DNA of 6,457 bases from a virus (lineage: Duplodnaviria; Heunggongvirae; Uroviricota; Caudoviricetes): IMG/VR virus record IMGVR_UViG_3300029310_000158, one strand, 5' to 3'. A program made the position numbers and the translations under genes. This document shows positions 1-5,962 of this stretch, in pieces. The notes under the pieces were generated by a model that had not been told where the DNA came from, searched no databases, and was given only the letters and a program-made list of their open reading frames with translations. How positions within the stretch are numbered: the stretch's first letter is position 1; the number at the start of each line of letters is the position of its first letter.

Positions 1-114
1 ACGAAAGAAGCACTAAGGATTTGGTGAAAGCAGCAGTATCGGGATGGCTGGGCACTGCGCTTGAATTTATGGATTTCAAGAGTCATACGTGTCAACTATT
101 TGATAAATATTAAA

Positions 115-1410
115 TTAATTTTTCATTGCTTCGTTATGGGGCATGGTTGGGGCAAACTCGCTTAACTGTGTATTTAACAAAGCTACCTGTGCATTATTGT
201 TTTCAGACATCCATTTTCCGTATACCTGAAATACCATTTGCGCATCTGCATGGCCCATCTGGTTTGCTATAAATGCCGGGTTAGCACCAGCTGTCAGCGA
301 CCAGCAGGCATAAGTATGTCTCGACTGATATGATTTTCGATGGCGGAGTCCGGCACGTTTTATCGCTGCGTCCCACATCTGCCTTATTGAGTCAACGGTA
401 AAATGGTCACCATAATTTTTTACTCTCGCTGACACTTCAGGTTGAAAAACAAAGGTGCATTTTTGTTTTTCTGTTCTGCCATACTCTCTGAGGTGAACAT
501 CAATGATATGCTCTTTGCTCAGTCTCGTTAATGTCATCTGACTCCGGAGAGCGTCGATTGCTGGCTTAATAAGATGAATGACCCGATTGGTTCCCGCCTG
601 TGTTTTTGGTACCGTGAAACGGTCTTTTGCTAAATTTCTCCTGATCATCATTGTTCCATTTTTCAGATCTATGTCCTCCCATCCAAGTGCACACAGCTCA
701 CCAGGGCGAACTCCAGTATAAACAGAAACACACCATAAATTTTTTGCTTGCTGATTTCTGCACGCATCGATAAGACGGATAAATTCTTCCCGCGAAAGAG
801 GATCCGGAATGGTTCTTGATTCCTTTAATGGCGAGATCCCCTTAAACGGATTATCTGCCAGGTAACCGTTATCAACACCAAACTGGAACACGGCGTTAAG
901 ATTTGTCATGTAATTATTTACAGTTACAGCCGATCTCCCTGGTTGTGTAACAATATAGTTACTTTTGGGGATCTGGTATCCAGTCAGTAACTCTTTACGA
1001 ACCTCCAGTAATTTTTCTTTATTAATCGATGAGGCAAGATTTTTTTCACCGATTATGCTCAGGATATTTTTGATGACGGCACGGTATGTGTTGAGTGATG
1101 TTTTGGCGACTTCAGTTTCTTTCAGTGCCAGAAATTTTTCAGCCAGTTCTTTTATGGTTAAATCTTGTCGGGCCTCACCAAATTTTTCCAGATTGCGTGA
1201 GGAGGGAAACTGTTTTGCATAGTCGAAAACACCAGTTTTTATTGCGTAACAAACAGAGGAGCGTAGTTCACCTGCAACGCGCCTGTTTTTTGCTGTGTCA
1301 GGAACCCCCAGATTTTCCCTGACTCTTACGTCTTTATAAACAAACCAGATACGTAATTTCCCTCCATGGTTTTCCACGCCTGTCGGATATTTCATTTCAA
1401 CTTCTCTCAT
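115..1410 (-). CDS. int: Phage tyrosine integrase (lambda Int family site-specific recombinase)
   Basis: 431-aa ORF with stop TAA at 115-117. C-terminal catalytic core carries TGVRPGEL (box I Arg), SRHTYACWS (Arg/His box) and GHADAQMVFQVYGKW (His then Tyr nucleophile). The N-terminal ~60 aa resemble an arm-type DNA-binding domain. Lies directly downstream of the excisionase-like gene. ATG at 1408-1410; an alternative ATG at 1393-1395 (MKYPTG...) has a purine-rich stretch upstream. Confidence 0.92.
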   Translation of the reverse strand: MREVEMKYPTGVENHGGKLRIWFVYKDVRVRENLGVPDTAKNRRVAGELRSSVCYAIKTGVFDYAKQFPSSRNLEKFGEARQDLTIKELAEKFLALKETEVAKTSLNTYRAVIKNILSIIGEKNLASSINKEKLLEVRKELLTGYQIPKSNYIVTQPGRSAVTVNNYMTNLNAVFQFGVDNGYLADNPFKGISPLKESRTIPDPLSREEFIRLIDACRNQQAKNLWCVSVYTGVRPGELCALGWEDIDLKNGTMMIRRNLAKDRFTVPKTQAGTNRVIHLIKPAIDALRSQMTLTRLSKEHIIDVHLREYGRTEKQKCTFVFQPEVSARVKNYGDHFTVDSIRQMWDAAIKRAGLRHRKSYQSRHTYACWSLTAGANPAFIANQMGHADAQMVFQVYGKWMSENNNAQVALLNTQLSEFAPTMPHNEAMKN

Positions 1411-1429
1411 TAGTTAGTGTGGCTTTTAG

Positions 1430-1681
1430 TCAAGTAAGATGACGTCTTGGTCTCGCTGATGCCTGGCGCTCAATCCAGCGATCAATTTCTTCCAGGTTGT
1501 AAAAGCATGGACTGTTATCCCATGGCATACCGTCATGAGCGACATGCTTATATTCCCTTCCTTCCATAAACGATTTTTCCCGGGCCTTTTTTAACGTACC
1601 TTTTTTTATTCCTTTCAGCGCAATTAACTGCTCTTCGGATACCCATTTGCCGGGAGAGACAATCATGATTACTTCGCTCAT
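1430..1681 (-). CDS. xis: Excisionase-like small DNA-binding protein (Xis / DUF1233-type)
   Basis: 83-aa basic ORF ending 20 nt upstream of the integrase start and co-oriented with it. Size, charge and position match a directionality factor. Its start region is weakly supported (no strong SD); an alternative ATG lies at 1664-1666. Confidence 0.72.
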   Translation of the reverse strand: MSEVIMIVSPGKWVSEEQLIALKGIKKGTLKKAREKSFMEGREYKHVAHDGMPWDNSPCFYNLEEIDRWIERQASARPRRHLT

Positions 1682-1710
1682 CGATTTCTTTATCTCTTAC
1701 ATCAGACGAG

Positions 1711-1742
1711 CGCCGGTTGCAGAATACCAGTCACAACCGGCG
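1711..1742 (-). repeat. GC-rich inverted repeat (9-bp arms CGCCGGTTG / CAACCGGCG, 14-nt loop) in the spacer between the exonuclease-like gene and xis
   Basis: Read directly from the sequence: cgccggttg (1711-1719) and caaccggcg (1734-1742) are perfect reverse complements. There is no U-tract after it on the transcribed (minus) strand, so it is not a canonical intrinsic terminator. Confidence 0.6.
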
Positions 1743-1753
1743 ACAGTTGAACA

Positions 1754-4225
1754 TTAAGAATCAGCCTGACTCGGGATCAGTTTTTGCCAGATAACTGAAA
1801 CGTATTTTGCCTGGTAACGGGCGTCATCAAGTGCATTATGGCGCTCACCTTCGAATGGAATAGCCGTTCTGGCATCGAAGTCTATGGCTTTCCCCAGCTC
1901 AACGATTGTGCGTACATCGCGATCGTTGTAGTAACGCCACGGGCAGGGGATCCCCTGCCGTTCGTATGAACGGCGCAAAATCGTGTTGTCGAAGTTGGCT
2001 CCATTTCCCCAAACCTGAACAAAAAATTCACCGGAGTTTTCGTCGATAAATTCTCGCAATTGTAACAGTGCATCATCTAACGGGATTTCATCGGTCATAA
2101 TGGCAGATTGCGCTTCGCGTGATTGCTTAAGCCACCATTTAATGGTGTCCCGATCAATGACTCCGCCAGCAGTTTCCAGATCGATAGTCTTACTAAATTC
2201 CGGTCCCATATCTCCGGTTTGCGGATCGAAAAATATTGCACCTATTGAGATGATCGGGGCATCAGGATTTTTTCCCATGGTTTCAAGGTCGATCATTAGA
2301 TGGTCACACGTCCTGCTGGTGGATGTGATTTCGTGATGACCGTTCACCTTAATTGGGTGATCTGCCGTCTCGCCAGTTTCATTATCGCTATTGTGATGCT
2401 GATTGCCGCCAGTGTTCTCCTTGTGTGGATGTTCAGCGCCTTCCATTTCCTCCGGATCATCTTCCTGAACTTCAACCTGATACTCTTCATCGAATGTTTC
2501 TTGGTATGTTGCGTCGCCCATCACCGCGCCACAATCAGGGCAGTTGCCGCCGCCGGTCTGACCGCAGGCGGTGCAGACTTTTTCCACTTCCTGTTGCGCT
2601 ACTGGTTCAGGCTGTTTCGTTTCTGGCTCGTTTTGTAACGCATTTGGACTGTTTTGTTCCGCTTTTTGGTAGTTCCGTTCCGATTCATGCTGGTTCTGGT
2701 TCACAGAATCGCGGGTCTGGAGCCCCTTAACCCATTTCGGATCATTCGGGTCACTAATCCCTTCAACAAATTCACCACGTGATGCAGCAAGCAACTTATC
2801 GGCGTCAGGCTGGCTGATATTGGCTGCCTGCATAATTTTGTTTACTTCGTCAGCGGTAACTTTTATCGGCTCTGGTTGTTCTGAATCTTCAGCGGTATCT
2901 ACATTTTGCGGTAAGCCCGTGTATGTGCCATTTTTTCGGGCAAAATATTCTTCTTTTGTGATTTCAGTGGCGCCAGCAGCCAGTGCCTTATCCAGACCAG
3001 AGAGTTTGTTTGCGCGACCGTATTTTTCTCCGTCCTTATCTGCGAAGAGGAAATAGAACGGCCCCTCACGCTCTACAGATGGTTCAGCTTCCGGCGCGGT
3101 TTCATTTTTTGGGATATCAGATACCTCAGTTTCCACTGCATCAGTTTGTGTTTCTGATGACTGGAGAACATCAACAGTGCCCAGGTCTGTTTCTTCATTC
3201 TCAAACACGCCCTTTGTCGTCAGGTATTCGCAGATATATTTGTTCAGTGCTACGGGATCTTTGTGAATGTCGATCGGACGCTCACGGACAAGGCCAAAAA
3301 TAGTTTGGCGGTCGTAGCGAAGGGCATCAGGCTGTTTGCGCATTGATGCCGAGATACGCTTCCAGTCTTCGCGGTCGTTGTCGATAACTTCTTTTTTTGC
3401 CCAGCGATGGATGCTGCCGTCAATGTTTCCGGCATCCACATCACTAGGCCAGAGAGCGTAGGCCAGTTCGTCATCCAGTGTTTTCCATGTCTGCTTGTAT
3501 TCGCGATGAATGGCAGCAATGACCGGGCTGATTTTTCCTGTTGAATTTTCAGTGTACTGTTGATTGGCTCTGGCGCGGGCGAGATCAACAACAGACGTGT
3601 ATTTTCCGGTTTCCTTGCGTTCACCTTCGCGACGTTTTTTCCAGATGCGCATCTCTGCCTGAATTTCGGGCCATTTAGCACCAGGAATACATTTATGCTT
3701 AACCCACCCAATGGCGTGCAACTTAAGCTCCGGATACATGGCGTTAACTTCTGGCATTTTCATCAACGCTTCAACGATATGTCCGTCGAATGTTGCCATG
3801 TCTTCCTGCAACAATTCCTGTGCGCTAATAACCATATCAACGGTGATGTTTTCACATGTGTCGAACTTAACCATGACAGCGTTCTGTACTTCAGGGGCCA
3901 GCTTGTCAAAAGTGACGTTCATCGGATCGGATTCAGTCTCAACCGGGACAAAAGAAGCAGACTCCTCATCCCAGCGGTTTTCCTGCATATATTCAGCATC
4001 CCATGAATCGAGGGCAGGGCGGGGTATGCCAGGTTTATCCTCGCAGACAATAAATTTATAAGCGCAGTCCTGAGCAGCCGGATAATGTTCCAGGAATTGC
4101 CAGTGAAATTTTGCTCGAGCACGGCGTTCGTCGCCAGCTTCAATGGCTGTGGCTACAGCCACAGCGCCTTCTTCCCTTGTTGCCAGTTCGTCAGGAATAG
4201 CGGCGCAAATAAAGACTTTACTCAT
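1754..4225 (-). CDS. Large multidomain prophage protein (probable full-length YdfE-like protein): N-terminal domain of unknown function, acidic low-complexity linker with a CxxC-x7-CxxC zinc-ribbon motif, His-rich segment, C-terminal DEDDh (DnaQ-like) 3'-5' exonuclease domain
   Basis: Single ORF 1754..4261 (835 aa from a TTG). The most likely start is ATG at 4223-4225, preceded by GAGGT with an 8-nt spacer (823 aa); ATG at 4238-4240 is another option. Exo I motif MIDLETMG is at about 2282-2290, Exo II WGNGANFDNTIL follows, and Exo III ERHNALDDARYQ is at about 1837-1860. The zinc-ribbon motif CTACGQTGGGNCPDC maps to 2531-2575. By synteny it sits where ydfE lies in K-12 Qin, immediately downstream of ydfD. 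Confidence 0.8.
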   Translation of the reverse strand: MSKVFICAAIPDELATREEGAVAVATAIEAGDERRARAKFHWQFLEHYPAAQDCAYKFIVCEDKPGIPRPALDSWDAEYMQENRWDEESASFVPVETESDPMNVTFDKLAPEVQNAVMVKFDTCENITVDMVISAQELLQEDMATFDGHIVEALMKMPEVNAMYPELKLHAIGWVKHKCIPGAKWPEIQAEMRIWKKRREGERKETGKYTSVVDLARARANQQYTENSTGKISPVIAAIHREYKQTWKTLDDELAYALWPSDVDAGNIDGSIHRWAKKEVIDNDREDWKRISASMRKQPDALRYDRQTIFGLVRERPIDIHKDPVALNKYICEYLTTKGVFENEETDLGTVDVLQSSETQTDAVETEVSDIPKNETAPEAEPSVEREGPFYFLFADKDGEKYGRANKLSGLDKALAAGATEITKEEYFARKNGTYTGLPQNVDTAEDSEQPEPIKVTADEVNKIMQAANISQPDADKLLAASRGEFVEGISDPNDPKWVKGLQTRDSVNQNQHESERNYQKAEQNSPNALQNEPETKQPEPVAQQEVEKVCTACGQTGGGNCPDCGAVMGDATYQETFDEEYQVEVQEDDPEEMEGAEHPHKENTGGNQHHNSDNETGETADHPIKVNGHHEITSTSRTCDHLMIDLETMGKNPDAPIISIGAIFFDPQTGDMGPEFSKTIDLETAGGVIDRDTIKWWLKQSREAQSAIMTDEIPLDDALLQLREFIDENSGEFFVQVWGNGANFDNTILRRSYERQGIPCPWRYYNDRDVRTIVELGKAIDFDARTAIPFEGERHNALDDARYQAKYVSVIWQKLIPSQADS

Positions 4226-4317
4226 TTGTTTTAACCTCATGACAGATTTAAGGATGAACAAATCCCTGCCATTGCTGGCATATAAGAATGAAACCGGATA
4301 TTTATTACGGAACTGTT

Positions 4318-4509
4318 TTAAAGACCTGCCGGGATTTCGATATTATCCTGGTGAATAACTTTATCGACCGGGTAACAGTTACCGGGAATTTTCTGTTCGG
4401 TTGCTGCAGTCATACACTCCTGCATTGTCCTGTGAACACTGACTGCAATATCAACTGGCTCTCCGGAAACAAGAAAAACTGTCAGAACAAGCACAAATGC
4501 TGAATTCAT
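4318..4509 (-). CDS. ydfD: Small membrane/lysis protein YdfD (63 aa)
   Basis: 63-aa ORF MNSAFVLVLTVFLVSGEPVD... with a hydrophobic N-terminal segment. Its ATG (4507-4509) overlaps the dicB stop by 4 nt (ATGA), and aaAGGA lies 8 nt upstream. Matches my recall of K-12 YdfD in sequence and length. The ORF track's longer 81-aa form starts further upstream without support. Confidence 0.85.
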   Translation of the reverse strand: MNSAFVLVLTVFLVSGEPVDIAVSVHRTMQECMTAATEQKIPGNCYPVDKVIHQDNIEIPAGL

Positions 4510-4694
4510 TGTGCACATCCTTTTGGCATCAGACGTAAACGAGCCAGCATTGAAACAATGCATATTTTATTTAATAGCTCCCGTTCTTGTTTTCTCTTGT
4601 TAATGGCATCTTCAGTAAATACAGGGTTACTGATAGTGACACCAATTTCAAAACAACCTTCAGACGTATTAACGTTTGGTAATAACGTTTTCAT
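4506..4694 (-). CDS. dicB: Cell-division inhibitor DicB (62 aa)
   Basis: ATG at 4692-4694 preceded by GAGGG with a 7-nt spacer. The 62-aa product MKTLLPNVNTSEGCFEIGVTISNPVFTEDAINKRKQERELLNKICIVSMLARLRLMPKGCAQ matches my recall of E. coli DicB. The 97-aa ORF in the track is an in-frame upstream extension with no RBS. Confidence 0.9.
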   Translation of the reverse strand: MKTLLPNVNTSEGCFEIGVTISNPVFTEDAINKRKQERELLNKICIVSMLARLRLMPKGCAQ

Positions 4695-4863
4695 TATCGC
4701 GCCCTCAACAATGAGTTTTGTGATGCGGTGCCTGGTGCCTCCAGGTGACGTTAACCAGTTAACAATTAACGCCGGATACAGAGAATCCACCCATAACACT
4801 GTTTTTGGTTTTAACTGTTCCGCGTGCGCTCAGCCGCATTCACCACATCACAAAATTCACTTT

Positions 4864-4906
4864 AAAAAGGGCGGCAGAGCAGTCACGGAGTAAAACTGAT
4901 ACCGCC
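4864..4906 (-). terminator. Rho-independent terminator forming the DicF 3' end (GGCGG...CCGCC stem, then U5)
   Basis: On the minus-strand transcript, GGCGG pairs with CCGCC (with an internal CAG/CUG helix) and is followed by UUUUU (plus-strand aaaaa at 4864-4868). Confidence 0.7.
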
Positions 4907-4921
4907 AAACGTCACCAGAAA
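4869..4921 (-). ncRNA. dicF: DicF small regulatory RNA (53 nt; antisense regulator of ftsZ and other mRNAs)
   Basis: The reverse complement of 4869-4921 reads TTTCTGGTGACGTTTGGCGGTATCAGTTTTACTCCGTGACTGCTCTGCCGCCC, followed by TTTTT. This matches my recall of DicF, and it lies between ydfC and dicB as in Qin. Confidence 0.85.
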
Positions 4922-5262
4922 ATTGATAACAGAGGGCGTTGCAGCGGGGTTGTCACTTAAGCGTATGGTCAACCTGACAACCCGGTGTCCTCAACGGGGG
5001 AAGGAATAACCCCGCCATACTTACCGCCGCGCCATTTCGCGGATTGCCACAACCGGAAGCGCACGGTCGACGAAAATTTAACGACAGGCTATCTATGAAC
5101 CAGCTACCTCGCCGTGCGCTTTCGCGTTATGGTCTGACTTTTCAGGGAAATATCCTTTCAGTAAACTGTCAGTGCCGGATGCTCACCCGTGTCCGGCGCA
5201 CGCACTCCACCTCACCCGTGGAGAACTCCTTAATTACTAACCTTAGCTTTGTTGATTAGCTA

Positions 5263-5481
5263 CTAACGCGGGTATGTAATCATTCTGGCAATGCTTAATG
5301 CCGCTGCTTTTTCCAGATTGGTGATATCCTGCTCCAGAGCGGACAGATTTTCAGCCTGCTTAGCCCTGGCTTCATTAGCCCATTTCAGATCCTGCGCTGC
5401 ATTAATTTTCTGGCGCATCCACTCATAAAGTTCATCATCGGTATAGTCTGGCGCGATGATGACGGGTTCTCGTTTCTGCAT
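5263..5481 (-). CDS. ydfC: Small prophage protein YdfC (72 aa, predicted helical/coiled-coil)
   Basis: 72-aa ORF MQKREPVIIAPDYTDDELYEWMRQK... with ATG at 5479-5481 and AGGA 6 nt upstream. Position and length match K-12 ydfC. Confidence 0.85.
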   Translation of the reverse strand: MQKREPVIIAPDYTDDELYEWMRQKINAAQDLKWANEARAKQAENLSALEQDITNLEKAAALSIARMITYPR

Positions 5482-5510
5482 ACTGATTCCTCGCGGTGCT
5501 GTTTCGCTTA

Positions 5511-5639
5511 TCAGCCGTTAGATTTTGCCGAACTGGAAAGCGCCTGTTTAAACTCACTGAAGCTGAGAGCTTCTTCGCCTTCGGCAAGGCCTTCGAAGTA
5601 TTCTTCGTAAGCCTTTTCCATGATTGTGTCGAAATCCAT
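5511..5639 (-). CDS. ydfB: Small acidic prophage protein YdfB (42 aa)
   Basis: Absent from the supplied ORF track because it is short; translated by hand. ATG at 5637-5639 is preceded by AGGTGAG with a 4-nt spacer. Product: MDFDTIMEKAYEEYFEGLAEGEEALSFSEFKQALSSSAKSNG, stop TGA at 5511-5513. It starts 1 nt after the ydfA stop. Length matches K-12 YdfB. Confidence 0.75.
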   Translation of the reverse strand: MDFDTIMEKAYEEYFEGLAEGEEALSFSEFKQALSSSAKSNG

Positions 5640-5640
5640 A

Positions 5641-5796
5641 TCACTCACCTGAGTTTCTTTCCAGCCAGCGACGGGCACCATTTTCGGTTTTAAACGTTTT
5701 GCTTTTGGTATACGTCATTGCGGTGAACGTGCCGTCCTGGTTTGGAAACACGCCGTACACCAGAGATTCGTTGTTGCCAAGATCGATAGTATCCAT
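5641..5796 (-). CDS. ydfA: Small prophage protein YdfA (51 aa)
   Basis: ATG at 5794-5796 preceded by GAGG with a 5-nt spacer. Product: MDTIDLGNNESLVYGVFPNQDGTFTAMTYTKSKTFKTENGARRWLERNSGE. It is the first gene of the dicB operon. The track's 77-aa form uses an upstream TTG with no RBS. Confidence 0.85.
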   Translation of the reverse strand: MDTIDLGNNESLVYGVFPNQDGTFTAMTYTKSKTFKTENGARRWLERNSGE

Positions 5797-5962
5797 GCTG
5801 ACCTCATTTCCCCTTAACGCTGGGGTAGCGGAACTGTTTGCTGAGAACACCGTGCGGTGTGTTGATGCAAACAAGATTAGCCATGACTAACATATCGGTC
5901 AAGTGATTTTGTATGCTATAGCTAACATAATTGATGTGGTAAAAGATAACTCATTGATGATG
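5797..5962 (-). promoter_or_regulatory. dicB-operon promoter/operator region (PdicB) between the dicA stop and ydfA
   Basis: Candidate sigma70 elements on the minus strand: -35 TTGACC (plus 5897-5902), 17-nt spacer, -10 TAATCT (plus 5874-5879). An operator-like 6-4-6 imperfect palindrome ATTAGCcatgACTAAC (5876-5891) overlaps the -10 and matches 13 of 16 positions of the palindrome in the dicA-dicC region. A second palindromic cluster GCTATAGC/TAGCTAAC lies at 5915-5926. Confidence 0.5.

Noticed and set aside
1-114. Weak inverted repeat GCAGT...ACTGC downstream of int as a terminator
   Set aside because: Stem is only 5 bp with a 15-nt loop and no U-tract. Not convincing.
965-1322. Plus-strand ORFs 965..1222 (85 aa) and 1095..1322 (75 aa)
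   Set aside because: They lie entirely antisense within the integrase gene, have no RBS and low-complexity translations. They are most likely shadow ORFs.
1882-4143. Multiple ORFs inside the large exonuclease-like gene (plus-strand 2100..4061 series; minus-strand 1882..2076, 3250..3711, 3919..4143)
   Set aside because: All are antisense or out of frame relative to the long continuous 835-codon ORF, whose recognisable nuclease motifs fix the true frame.
4226-4261. TTG-initiated 5' extension of the large ORF (MFILKSVMRLKQ...)
   Set aside because: No SD precedes the TTG at 4261, whereas ATG at 4225 has GAGGT with an 8-nt spacer. I kept the extension only as an alternative start.
4143-4503. Plus-strand ORFs 4143..4358 and 4288..4503
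   Set aside because: They are antisense to the start of the large gene and to ydfD, with no RBS. Shadow ORFs.
4510-4563. 81-aa extended form of ydfD starting MHCFNAGS...
   Set aside because: The extension overlaps the dicB coding region in another frame and has no RBS. The internal ATG at 4509 has an AGGA RBS and gives the expected 63-aa product.
4695-4799. 97-aa N-terminally extended DicB
   Set aside because: The upstream in-frame M has no RBS and the extension covers the repeat-rich leader. The 62-aa form has a strong GAGGG RBS.
4558-4893. Plus-strand ORF 4558..4893 (111 aa)
   Set aside because: It is antisense to dicB and runs into the DicF terminator. Implausible as a gene.
5044-5259. 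Plus-strand ORF 5044..5259 (71 aa, Arg-rich)
   Set aside because: It is antisense to the dicB operon within the GC-rich spacer. Its composition is typical of an out-of-frame translation of GC-rich DNA, and it has no RBS.
5435-5693. ORFs 5435..5644 (minus, 69 aa) and 5496..5693 (plus, 65 aa)
   Set aside because: The first is a GTG-initiated frame overlapping ydfC and ydfB, rich in R/S/K and without an RBS. The second is antisense to ydfB. The hand-translated 42-aa ydfB, with its AGGTGAG RBS and matching length, explains the region better.
5797-5874. 77-aa TTG-extended YdfA and ORF 5624..5890 (plus)
   Set aside because: The extension has no RBS and would run through the predicted promoter and leader. 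The plus-strand ORF is antisense to ydfA.
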